Below are positions 1-7,230 of a stretch of DNA of 20,000 nucleotides, in pieces. Within the stretch, counting starts at the first letter, position 1; every line of letters starts with the position of its first letter. A program made the position numbers and the translations under genes. This DNA is from an uncultured virus (IMG/VR IMGVR_UViG_3300030012_003218) (lineage: Duplodnaviria > Heunggongvirae > Uroviricota > Caudoviricetes). The notes beneath the pieces are model-generated. The model searched no databases. It was not told the DNA's origin and saw nothing but the letters and a program-made list of their open reading frames with translations. The DNA is taken from positions 56,076-76,075 of the IMG/VR virus record IMGVR_UViG_3300030012_003218. One strand, 5' to 3'.

Positions 1-398
1 CTCTTACCACCTGTTGACTTTTCTTTTAGGTAAGGTATAACTGTTTTAGTAGGTACTCTGTAAATCTCTTTGATTTGAACACCATCCCTAATACAAAAGT
101 ACATATCTTCAGTTTGACTATATTGGTTAATCTTGTTCTCTGATAACCAATGAAACTGAAATGTACCTTTACCTTTACTCCTCAAGTTTATTGCTTTATA
201 CTCGACAGGTTTCTTTTTGACAGGGTCGTATGCGTCACCACCCTGTGTGTTGTTACCGTACTCATGACCCAATTCATTTGCAATCATAAGTTCGACAAAT
301 CGTTCATTGTAGAAAATGTTTTCAAGTCCCAACTCATCTTGTGCGAGGTCTTGAGCCTGTTTCAACAGACTTTTAATCTTTGTAACTGTTTTATTCAT
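1..398 (-). CDS. PvuII-family (PD-(D/E)xK) restriction-endonuclease-like protein, 3' end beyond the window edge
   Basis: Not in the ORF track. Manual translation from ATG 398 is open to the edge: MNKTVTKIKSLLKQAQDLAQDELGLENIFYNERFVELMIANELGHEYGNNTQGGDAYDPVKKKPVEYKAINLRSKGKGTFQFHWLSENKINQYSQTEDMYFCIRDGVQIKEIYRVPTKTVIPYLKEKSTGGK. GDAYD...EYKAIN parallels R.PvuII GNDAVD...ELKSIN, and FCIRDGVQIKEIYRV parallels FAIYRGIAIEAIYRL (PvuII recalled from memory). Confidence 0.75.
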   Translation of the reverse strand, partial: MNKTVTKIKSLLKQAQDLAQDELGLENIFYNERFVELMIANELGHEYGNNTQGGDAYDPVKKKPVEYKAINLRSKGKGTFQFHWLSENKINQYSQTEDMYFCIRDGVQIKEIYRVPTKTVIPYLKEKSTGGK

Positions 399-410
399 AT
401 CGTTTATCTG

Positions 411-584
411 TTACCCGTCAATCCTATGTTGTTTGAAACCGATAACAGGTTTGTATCCCGTTAACTCATCTTGATGTTTTTGAATCAGTTGTTTCACCAT
501 TACGAGTTTCGAAACATCTTGTTCCTCTTTTACCCATTCGGCAAAGAGTTTGGTCAATACATAATTTTTAATTGTCTTAATCAT
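411..584 (-). CDS. hypothetical protein (57 aa; ORF track extends to 626)
   Basis: ORF in a tightly packed run; ATG 584 follows an A/T-rich leader just after the upstream stop at 596. Confidence 0.6.
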   Translation of the reverse strand: MIKTIKNYVLTKLFAEWVKEEQDVSKLVMVKQLIQKHQDELTGYKPVIGFKQHRIDG

Positions 585-595
585 AATTTTTAATT

Positions 596-793
596 TTAAT
601 AAAAGAATCGATTCCAAGTTATCCAACTTGGTTCACTAACTTTCTTACCATCACGAACAACGATACATTTGTTGCCGTCTTTACTTACCCATAGGAGTTT
701 GTTGTTCCCATAATAGTCTTTACCTATATGGTTACGAAGTTCACCTATCTTATTGGTCCCATCTATTGGGTCACTAATACTTAAGTTTATCAT
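596..793 (-). CDS. hypothetical protein
   Basis: ORF; start overlaps the stop of the upstream gene. Confidence 0.6.
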   Translation of the reverse strand: MINLSISDPIDGTNKIGELRNHIGKDYYGNNKLLWVSKDGNKCIVVRDGKKVSEPSWITWNRFFY

Positions 794-1008
794 ACTACTG
801 TTAATATTTGTTCATTACTAATTGCTACATTTGATGGTTCACCACCAAGTCCCATATCCGATTGTACTATTGTCAGATACATATCATATATGTTACCATC
901 GTCATCTACAGATGGGAATGGTTTGTTTAACTGTGAGATAACACCATCATTGATTCTACCCCACTTATCTTCGAACATTACTTTTTGTCCTATACTAAAT
1001 TGTCTCAT
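790..1008 (-). CDS. hypothetical protein, possibly a small SH3-like barrel
   Basis: FSIGQKVMF...G.I pattern is typical of small SH3/KOW-like phage proteins; packed in an operon. Confidence 0.55.
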   Translation of the reverse strand: MRQFSIGQKVMFEDKWGRINDGVISQLNKPFPSVDDDGNIYDMYLTIVQSDMGLGGEPSNVAISNEQILTVV

Positions 1009-1009
1009 A

Positions 1010-1195
1010 TTAAAACTGAATTAAATCGATTACCATTTCACCTGTAGGATTACCGTTAGCAGTAATCTCATAGTTTGGGTCCATCCCGTTGTCAACTACA
1101 TAGTCAACTAATTCGTTTATTGATTTGAACTCATTTACGAAATAAGAACAATCGAGGGAGTACTTTGTATACATCATATAATTTTTATTTATCAT
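1010..1195 (-). CDS. hypothetical protein, first gene after promoter cassette 1
   Basis: ORF directly downstream of the promoter at 1211-1274; the true start may be the internal MMYTK. Confidence 0.6.
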   Translation of the reverse strand: MINKNYMMYTKYSLDCSYFVNEFKSINELVDYVVDNGMDPNYEITANGNPTGEMVIDLIQF

Positions 1196-1210
1196 TACTA
1201 TTAATCATTA

Positions 1211-1274
1211 TTACATAGTAAAGATAGTGAAAGTAAATGACTTTTCCAAATGTTTAATGTTAAATTTATGTTAA
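1211..1274 (-). promoter_or_regulatory. promoter cassette copy 1: TTAACA-N5-TTAACA + TTTG-N20-TATCTTTA
   Basis: Minus strand TTAACA (1274-1269), TTAACA (1263-1258), TTTGG (1250-1246), TATCTTTACTATGTAA (1226-1211); close to the Bacteroidota -33 TTTG / -7 TAnnTTTG consensus. Confidence 0.8.
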
Positions 1275-1276
1275 AT

Positions 1277-1297
1277 TTATCAACAAGTTATTAACAA
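1277..1297 (+). repeat. pair of DnaA-box-like 9-mers (TTATCAACA, TTATTAACA)
   Basis: TTATCAACAAGTTATTAACAA is identical to 3183-3203; each 9-mer is one mismatch from TTWTNCACA. Confidence 0.55.
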
Positions 1298-2221
1298 TTA
1301 GTTTCCACCTCTTCTACCTGATGAGGAACTTGAACTACCGCCTGACGAACTTCCTCTACTACTACCACCTACGTTACCACCCCTGTTGATGTTTACAGGT
1401 GGGTTACTGTTAAAGTTATTAACAGGTGGTCTTCCGTTGTTGAAGTTGTTGTTTGGTACTCTTGGTTTGATATTCCAATTGTTATTGTTGTCATTTNNNN
1501 NNNNNNNNNNNNNNNNNGTTGGTTTGATTGGGACAACAACATTATTATTACTATTTACGTTGTTAGGTCTGTATATAGTATTGTTAGGTATATTATTATC
1601 TCGACTCCATCTGATAACCTCGTTAATAGCATTGTTATCAGGGTCAGGGTATACTCTGTTATTTCTTCTTCGGTTAGTATCTTGTTCTATATTAGAGTTA
1701 CCGATAAGAAAATCATTATACCTACTTCCCCTTCTACCACTAACATATGCGATATCAGGTTCGTTGTACCAACTGTAGTCATAGTGATTCCACATATTCC
1801 ATCCATAAGGATAATCATAATGGATTCCCCAATACCTGTTAGACTTTACCCACCATGGGTGGTCCCATCCAAACCAAGGATAGTTAAAAGCCCAATCATA
1901 CCAAAACTGATGACTATGAAACCATACATCAAATCTGTTGTAAGGTCTCCATATACCATCGAGTCTTGGATTGTTGAAATACCACGAATAGGGTCTTGTC
2001 ATCGCGTACTGAGCGAAGTCCCATCTGAAAGAGAAGTCTGTTCGGAGTTTTCTCTTGAGTTGGAACATATTGTTGATAGTATCTATCTTAACTGAACTGT
2101 CTACCTCTATATACCTGTCATACATAGGGTCATGATTTGTAGTACTCACATACCACTGACTACCACACCCTGAAAAAAGCAGGGAAATAAACACAAATAC
2201 ACTAAAATAAAAATACCTCAT
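1298..2221 (-). CDS. putative lipoprotein with a Trp/Tyr-rich core and an Asn/Pro/Gly/Ser low-complexity tail
   Basis: Hydrophobic N-terminal helix ending in lipobox LFSG-C; aromatic-rich middle; N/G/S/R-rich C-terminus; spans an N-run. Confidence 0.7.
   Translation of the reverse strand: MRYFYFSVFVFISLLFSGCGSQWYVSTTNHDPMYDRYIEVDSSVKIDTINNMFQLKRKLRTDFSFRWDFAQYAMTRPYSWYFNNPRLDGIWRPYNRFDVWFHSHQFWYDWAFNYPWFGWDHPWWVKSNRYWGIHYDYPYGWNMWNHYDYSWYNEPDIAYVSGRRGSRYNDFLIGNSNIEQDTNRRRNNRVYPDPDNNAINEVIRWSRDNNIPNNTIYRPNNVNSNNNVVVPIKPXXXXXXXXNDNNNNWNIKPRVPNNNFNNGRPPVNNFNSNPPVNINRGGNVGGSSRGSSSGGSSSSSSGRRGGN
1497..1517. other. 21-nt run of N (assembly gap or masking)
   Basis: Ns within the Asn-codon-rich low-complexity region. 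Confidence 0.95.
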
Positions 2222-2237
2222 AATAAACCTTTCTATA

Positions 2238-2246
2238 TATAAGTAT
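2238..2246 (-). promoter_or_regulatory. second-class motif ATACTTATA upstream of the lipoprotein gene
   Basis: A related motif lies shortly before starts at 10065, 13925, 3573 and 19628. Confidence 0.5.
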
Positions 2247-2256
2247 AAGAATAATA

Positions 2257-2439
2257 CTACATAGATACAGTAAGAGTACTATTATCCTGAGAATAATCCT
2301 TATGTTTAGAACCAAATCTCCATTGACAGTACTGAAGAGCTTCTACTAACTCATCCCTGTTAACCTTCTCACCACTATGTTTCACAAACTTTACTTTCTT
2401 GGATTTAGGTGTCCAAGTCACTCCGATACCTTTCAGCAT
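2257..2439 (-). CDS. hypothetical protein (60 aa, MLKGIGVTW...)
   Basis: ATG 2439 follows an A/T-rich leader; the ORF-track TTG extension to 2565 runs through GC-rich hairpins and is doubtful. Confidence 0.6.
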   Translation of the reverse strand: MLKGIGVTWTPKSKKVKFVKHSGEKVNRDELVEALQYCQWRFGSKHKDYSQDNSTLTVSM

Positions 2440-2459
2440 ATAATTAAATTTAATAGTTA

Positions 2460-2845
2460 AACAATATCCATCCCCATAATGAGGTAAATGGATTTCAGCG
2501 CCCTTCTGTAAATCAGACCTTAGAGGGGACTTTCCCCAAGACCATTTTGCCGACCTCGACAGCAAGACGGGTTACAGGCGGTTGGTGCGACTGCTGCGCT
2601 TTGGTTTCCGTGAAAATACCCCCACCCCCTGCGCGAGTGTCTTTCATCGCCTATAACGACTTACGGGGATTCAGGGTTGTTTCACTCTGTACCTATACCT
2701 ACCTATATACCTGTGTATTCTCTCTATATACCTACGTGCGTATAGTACTTACTGTTTTGACCTATTTTATTTTTACTTCACTTTGCGATTTAAGACGGGG
2801 TTTTACTTCCTCAGAGCGGTATTACCCCCCTTATATCTCTCTCTT
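2460..2845 (-). ncRNA. candidate structured non-coding RNA or long 5' leader
   Basis: Directly downstream of promoter cassette 2; GC-richer than its flanks; no credible ORF; several hairpins (GGGGA-aag-TCCCC; ATCCAT..CCTCAT-t-ATGGGG-ATGGAT). No known RNA family recognised. Confidence 0.3.
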
Positions 2846-2908
2846 TACATAGTAAAGATAAGGAATTCTGCGTTAATATCCAAATAGCCAATGTTAAATA
2901 ATTGTTAA
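2845..2908 (-). promoter_or_regulatory. promoter cassette copy 2
   Basis: TTAACA (2908-2903), TTAACA (2897-2892), TTTGG (2884-2880), TATCTTTACTATGTAA (2860-2845); same spacing as copy 1. Confidence 0.8.
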
Positions 2909-2958
2909 ATTTTACCCATATATGTCCACCTCAGCCAAAAAACATGCGCCATACATAC

Positions 2959-2990
2959 CAAATATACAACTTTTTTTTGACATTTCCAAA
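2959..2990 (-). promoter_or_regulatory. consensus Bacteroidota housekeeping promoter TTTG-N20-TATATTTG without TTAACA boxes
   Basis: TTTG 2990-2987, 20-nt spacer, TATATTTG 2966-2959, a perfect TAnnTTTG match. Confidence 0.7.
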
Positions 2991-3005
2991 TAAAAAAGGG
3001 GTTAT

Positions 3006-3214
3006 TTATCAACAAAGTTATCAACATGACACCCTGTCACTACTCAGATACCACTCATTTTCGGGGTATGTGTTACAAATTACCTCTACAGGCCCCACTG
3101 CGCCCCTCTGTTGTTACGTTTGTAACACCTCTACACCCGTGTTACAAGGGTACGCAATGTGTCAAAATGTCCTAAAAAAAAGTTATCAACAAGTTATTAA
3201 CAAAGTTTTTAACA
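3006..3214 (+). repeat. cluster of five co-oriented DnaA-box-like 9-mers with palindromes
   Basis: TTATCAACA at 3006, 3018, 3183; TTATTAACA at 3194; TTTTTAACA at 3206; palindromes TGACA-ccc-TGTCA 3027-3039 and TGTTAC-gttt-GTAACA 3112-3127. Confidence 0.6.
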
Positions 3215-3492
3215 ATGCGCTCAGGGTTTCGCTATAGCAAAAAAATAAAAAAGGCGCAGACACGGACAACACCCACCTTATATTACTGTTAAATACGTTA
3301 GCTATACCTTTTCGTGAGTTGTGTTTGTGTTTATTGTGGTAAAAGTGTATTGGCTGATAGTTTTTTACCCTAAACCTCGGATAGGTAGGGAAGCCTAATT
3401 AAATATTTCTCTCTTTGATTAAGGAATAAATGGGTGAGAGTTTACCATAAAGTGGTAAAAAGTGGGATAAAAGGGGGTTTTTTGAGGGTTTT

Positions 3493-3573
3493 TTAACGGT
3501 CCAAATACTTGAACCAACGATTCATGATGAAAATGAATACGCAGAACATTAAGATTACTTTGATTAGTACCAT
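3493..3573 (-). CDS. small hydrophobic protein (26 aa, MVLIKVILMFCVFIFIMNRWFKYLDR)
   Basis: Manual translation; single TM-like segment; TACTTAT motif at 3586-3580 just upstream. Confidence 0.45.
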   Translation of the reverse strand: MVLIKVILMFCVFIFIMNRWFKYLDR

Positions 3574-3661
3574 ATAAGGATAAGTAGGTCTTGGGAAACC
3601 TTGGCGAGTGAATTAAGGTAGATTTATTTTGTCTTACCTATGAGGGTTGTTCAGGGTTGTT

Positions 3662-3883
3662 CTACCCTATGATAACTGTTCTACCCATATTGTACTCTGT
3701 AACAACGTACTTAAAATCGTGTTCGTCTAAGAAGTCGTGTACTATCTCTCTCATACGTTCAGAGTTCCCTGTAATAATCTCTGTTCTTAGGTAGTCTTTT
3801 TTACCGTTCAGGAGTCTTTTCTCAAGAAGTTTTTCTACGTTACCGTGTCTTATACCGTGTAGGTCTACAGTTATCTTGCTCAT
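3662..3883 (-). CDS. stand-alone Smr (small MutS-related) domain protein
   Basis: VDLHG and IITGNS motifs; ATG 3883 overlaps the upstream TGA. Confidence 0.8.
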   Translation of the reverse strand: MSKITVDLHGIRHGNVEKLLEKRLLNGKKDYLRTEIITGNSERMREIVHDFLDEHDFKYVVTEYNMGRTVIIG

Positions 3884-4239
3884 TTGTTCCACTCCTCATT
3901 AAAGTATACAGGTGGTTCAGTAGAGTTTTGTGTCCAATACTGTCCTTCTGAACCAATGAATACGAGTTCTCTTTCCTTCTTGTAAGACGTATAATCCACG
4001 TTAGGGAAAGGAATTTTCATTTGTCCTTCCTCTACGTCATATAGTAGAGTTTCTTCGGTTTCTCTTAGTGGACTGTATTTACTCTGATTCCCAACCCAAT
4101 TCACCGTGTTTATACCCAATGATTGGAATTGAAGTCTTAAACCTTCATATACGGGATTTGTTTTGGATACCCATATCGTCTTCTCATTAGTTGTGATTTT
4201 AAAATCACCATCTATGATTTCTATTGATTTTATTTCCAT
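3880..4239 (-). CDS. hypothetical protein
   Basis: 119-aa ORF in an overlapping gene run. Confidence 0.65.
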   Translation of the reverse strand: MEIKSIEIIDGDFKITTNEKTIWVSKTNPVYEGLRLQFQSLGINTVNWVGNQSKYSPLRETEETLLYDVEEGQMKIPFPNVDYTSYKKERELVFIGSEGQYWTQNSTEPPVYFNEEWNK

Positions 4240-4433
4240 GTTGAATCGATTTTATATTTCTTTATATATGTGTTGAAGAGATTTTCACCACCCATACCCA
4301 TTTGAAGGATATCCGTCCCCTCGGGGAGATACTTCTTTGAGCGCACATTGTTTATCTTATCAATGTGGTCATCGAATACTTCAATCCTTGGGTTTCTACA
4401 TCTTTTGGGTTTGTGTACTATAATGGTCTTCAT
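4230..4433 (-). CDS. hypothetical protein
   Basis: 67-aa ORF with an A/T-rich leader. Confidence 0.6.
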   Translation of the reverse strand: MKTIIVHKPKRCRNPRIEVFDDHIDKINNVRSKKYLPEGTDILQMGMGGENLFNTYIKKYKIDSTWK

Positions 4434-4536
4434 AACTATTTAATTTTAAATGTGGTGCGCGTATAGAAACAATTTTGGGTTTATCTCAAAATTTTTCTTA
4501 GACACACGAAATCGTCCCTTCCCGCGGGTCGATGTA

Positions 4537-4725
4537 TCATTGGTCGGTTCGTGAGGTTAACTCATCGGTTATATCTTTCATATCCTCTTCCGTAAATTGT
4601 ATATACGGTCTTTCACAATTGAACGATAACCAATTACCATCTAACACGGATTCCGCGATTGAACTTGTAACTTCTGATAACTTTGTTTTGTTTCCTACTG
4701 TTTTTTTGATGAACTTCTTAATCAC
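4537..4725 (-). CDS. hypothetical protein
   Basis: 62-aa ORF immediately after the Nudix gene. Confidence 0.5.
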   Translation of the reverse strand: MIKKFIKKTVGNKTKLSEVTSSIAESVLDGNWLSFNCERPYIQFTEEDMKDITDELTSRTDQ

Positions 4726-4728
4726 CTT

Positions 4729-5139
4729 TTACTCCTGCTCTTTTTTGGTTAAAAATAAATCGTAACTACCCTTTATTATATATAGTGTTTTTTTACTTAA
4801 TGGAGTGAACTGATATTTGTTTATATCATTTAACGTAATCCATTTCACACTCTGATGTACATTGAGTTTAGGTTTACCACTTTTATATTTGATTATATAT
4901 GGATAAAACTCTATTCCGTCTTCTTCTCTTTCGGGTATTGAATAATATACATTTATGTCTATATCCAACTCCTCTTTCCATTCACGAATTATCGCGTCAT
5001 ACGGAGTTTCACCTTCCTCAATCTTACCACCTGGCAGTTCCCACAAATCAGGACAAACTGAATCCGTGGATAATCTTTTACCAATTAGAACAGTATCTTC
5101 GTCAACTAATGCCCCAACTACTATCTTCATCTTGTTCAT
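4729..5139 (-). CDS. Nudix hydrolase, MutT/NudG-like
   Basis: WELPGGKIEEGETPYDAIIREWKEEL matches the Nudix box; start may be ATG 5130. Confidence 0.9.
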   Translation of the reverse strand: MNKMKIVVGALVDEDTVLIGKRLSTDSVCPDLWELPGGKIEEGETPYDAIIREWKEELDIDINVYYSIPEREEDGIEFYPYIIKYKSGKPKLNVHQSVKWITLNDINKYQFTPLSKKTLYIIKGSYDLFLTKKEQE

Positions 5140-5281
5140 CGTCCTCTATTATTCCGAGGTGTTTATAGTCAACGGGAATATCGTACTTCTCTGACATTTG
5201 ACAAATCATTTCTGTTGCCTTTATCATCTTATTTGGATTAGTATTCCAAAGTACTCTCGTTACAAAACTTTCGTCAAACAT
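5102..5281 (-). CDS. hypothetical protein (59 aa, MFDESFVTRVLW...)
   Basis: Manual translation; ATG overlaps the nuclease stop (TAATG) and fills the gap. Confidence 0.55.
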   Translation of the reverse strand: MFDESFVTRVLWNTNPNKMIKATEMICQMSEKYDIPVDYKHLGIIEDDEQDEDSSWGIS

Positions 5282-5913
5282 TAGTCATTTACCTGTCTTA
5301 TATTAGGTATCTGAAAGTCTGACCAATCTCTACCTTTTAAATTTACATTATCAAAGTAGAATGTCCATTCGTGTTCACCTGCCCATATTTGTTTTGTGAA
5401 TCCACTTGGAATCAATGCACCACCTGCTACATATTCGGGTTCATTGTCAAAGTGTACAGTCACATTTACCTTTACTGTTTCAAATACCTTGGATAAGTCT
5501 CGTTCAAATCTTTCGAGTTCTTTCCACGGTCCTCTGTTTAGTGATTCGTGTTGAAGTGCACAATTCAGATAGTTAAATGTTTCTCTCAAAGTTTCCTTAT
5601 CAAAACAATTAAATGCTGCCGCAGGTGCCATATGACCTTTATCATATACATTTGCTTTGTAGTCATCATTATCTGAAGTTTTCCATCCTTTTGGTTTCCA
5701 AAAGTCCATTCCACTTCTACTGATTTCACCTGTTGGACACATCACTGTATATGTCACTTGAAGAGGTTGTTCATAATCTTCACTATAAACGACATGATAT
5801 AATTCACCGTCATAGTGTTTGATTTGTGCGTTCACTGTCATTGCGAATCCCATAAACAGGAAGTACAATAATGCGAACATTAATAGTTTATCTATGTTAT
5901 CAAATTTTCTCAT
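5281..5913 (-). CDS. DNA/RNA non-specific endonuclease (NucA/Endonuclease_NS family) with signal peptide
   Basis: YDKGHMAPAA (DRGH-type), NCALQHESLNRGPWKELE, IPSGFTK; N-terminal hydrophobic helix ending VNA-Q; likely start ATG 5913. Confidence 0.88.
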   Translation of the reverse strand: MRKFDNIDKLLMFALLYFLFMGFAMTVNAQIKHYDGELYHVVYSEDYEQPLQVTYTVMCPTGEISRSGMDFWKPKGWKTSDNDDYKANVYDKGHMAPAAAFNCFDKETLRETFNYLNCALQHESLNRGPWKELERFERDLSKVFETVKVNVTVHFDNEPEYVAGGALIPSGFTKQIWAGEHEWTFYFDNVNLKGRDWSDFQIPNIRQVND

Positions 5914-5917
5914 AATT

Positions 5918-6016
5918 TTAAAATTTACCATGGTTACACTTTCCACTAAGATAGTATTCATTTGATATCTTAATACCTAACCATATATCTTTGAAGAATT
6001 TCTTTATTTTTTTCAT
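5918..6016 (-). CDS. small hypothetical protein (32 aa, MKKIKKFFKDIW...)
   Basis: ATGA overlap with the upstream stop at 6013; the longer track version overlaps the oxidoreductase gene. Confidence 0.45.
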   Translation of the reverse strand: MKKIKKFFKDIWLGIKISNEYYLSGKCNHGKF

Positions 6017-6597
6017 CTCAAATCTTTTTTCATGTCTTTCTTGACCACTTCCAAATACTTCTTTCGTTTCTTGTCTGATACAAACGGGACTGACCAAAAT
6101 TGTTTTGTTTTTAACCATCTACTGATTTTCCATCCAAATACAAATGTAAATACACCCAACACCAATCTCAATTTGACTGAATTCAAATATAATGTCACAA
6201 CGGGTAACATTGGTGCTCCATGAGTTATATATGTCCTAACTTTTTTATCACTTAAGTGTGGTTGTGGATATGCGTATAGTTTCGTGATATTTTTGAAATT
6301 ATATGCGAATCCAGGCGTTAAGACCTCGTCAAAGAATATTTCCATTCTTGGAGTTAGTCTGAACCACCAAACAGGTGATATGAAATAAATATGAGTTGAC
6401 CAAGTTACCATTTTTTTGTATGATTCAATTAAATCCGTTCTTGGTCTTCTGAAACTATCTCTATATAAGTCTATGATTTTAAAGTCCTCTGATTTCTTGT
6501 CCACTTCGTCAACAATGGTTTTGAATATCCCATTGTAACAAAATGATTTAGTATCAGGGTGTCCTATTACTATTAGTATTTTCTTTTTTTTATTCAC
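6013..6597 (-). CDS. NAD(P)H-dependent oxidoreductase, flavodoxin-like fold (Flavodoxin_2; MdaB/KefF-like)
   Basis: KILIVIGHPDTKSF, IDLY, FISPVWWF, FFDEVLTPGFAY; likely GTG start 6597 overlapping the upstream TGA. Confidence 0.88.
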   Translation of the reverse strand: MNKKKKILIVIGHPDTKSFCYNGIFKTIVDEVDKKSEDFKIIDLYRDSFRRPRTDLIESYKKMVTWSTHIYFISPVWWFRLTPRMEIFFDEVLTPGFAYNFKNITKLYAYPQPHLSDKKVRTYITHGAPMLPVVTLYLNSVKLRLVLGVFTFVFGWKISRWLKTKQFWSVPFVSDKKRKKYLEVVKKDMKKDLR

Positions 6598-6755
6598 TCT
6601 TCGTTTACAATTTTCCAACTGAATGGTTTTCTGTTTCTTTGATACTGTTCCATACTCCATTCAATATCGTCTGTTTCGATTGTTGTCATGTATGGTTTTG
6701 TCGAACAAAACTTTTCTTCCAATAGTGGTGTTATTTCTATAATGTATTTAGTCAT
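6594..6755 (-). CDS. hypothetical protein (53 aa, MTKYIIEITPLL...)
   Basis: Manual translation; fills the gap with overlaps at both ends. Confidence 0.55.
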   Translation of the reverse strand: MTKYIIEITPLLEEKFCSTKPYMTTIETDDIEWSMEQYQRNRKPFSWKIVNEE

Positions 6756-7230
6756 CCATTTCTAATTTACGTTCAAAGTACTGAGCAGAGTCCTGTATTT
6801 CAGGATTCTGTTTGATTGTTTGCATTGCAATCATATCTTTCATTTTAGTCGTTGACCAACCATGTGCTCTTGTCGTATATACAATCTTTGGTGGTAAGTC
6901 ATCACCTGTAAATGATTTTCCTATGTAGTCCTCACCTAAGATTCTTACATCGGGTTTGAAAAACTTAATCAATTCGTAAAGTTCTTCTTCCGTCTGATAA
7001 ACATAAACTTCGTCAATATATTGTATTGCCATCAATGTACGATATCTTTCGTATAATGGAATCACGGGTTTATATTTTGACTTCCTATGAAGTGACGGGT
7101 CTCTTTGTAAAAACACTATGAAATGGTCACAGTGTCTTTTCGCCTCTTGAAAGGTGTATATATAGCCAGGATGAATCAAATCAAAATTACCTGCTGTACA
7201 TCCTACTATTTTACTCTTTTTCTTTCCCAC
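6748..7230 (-). CDS. cytidylyltransferase family protein (TagD/RfaE-domain-II-like)
   Basis: TAGNFDLIHPGY (HxGH variant), ERYRTL...YIDEV, PDVRILGEDY, RAHGWSTT. Confidence 0.88.
   Translation of the reverse strand: MGKKKSKIVGCTAGNFDLIHPGYIYTFQEAKRHCDHFIVFLQRDPSLHRKSKYKPVIPLYERYRTLMAIQYIDEVYVYQTEEELYELIKFFKPDVRILGEDYIGKSFTGDDLPPKIVYTTRAHGWSTTKMKDMIAMQTIKQNPEIQDSAQYFERKLEMDD

Noticed and set aside
1497..1517. N-run as a biological feature or frameshift
   Set aside because: Technical gap or masking; the frame is continuous as given and the true length is unknown
2790..2830. CTGAGGA on the minus strand resembling the hammerhead core CUGANGA
   Set aside because: No stem II followed by GAAA and no stem III could be built
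2547..3237. Plus-strand ORFs 2547-2852 and 2902-3237 in the non-coding hub
   Set aside because: TTG starts, opposite to all other genes, run through promoter and repeat elements, and have no protein-like features
4440..4536. Short GC-richer intergenic patch with a 19-codon ORF
   Set aside because: No convincing hairpin, promoter match or coding signal
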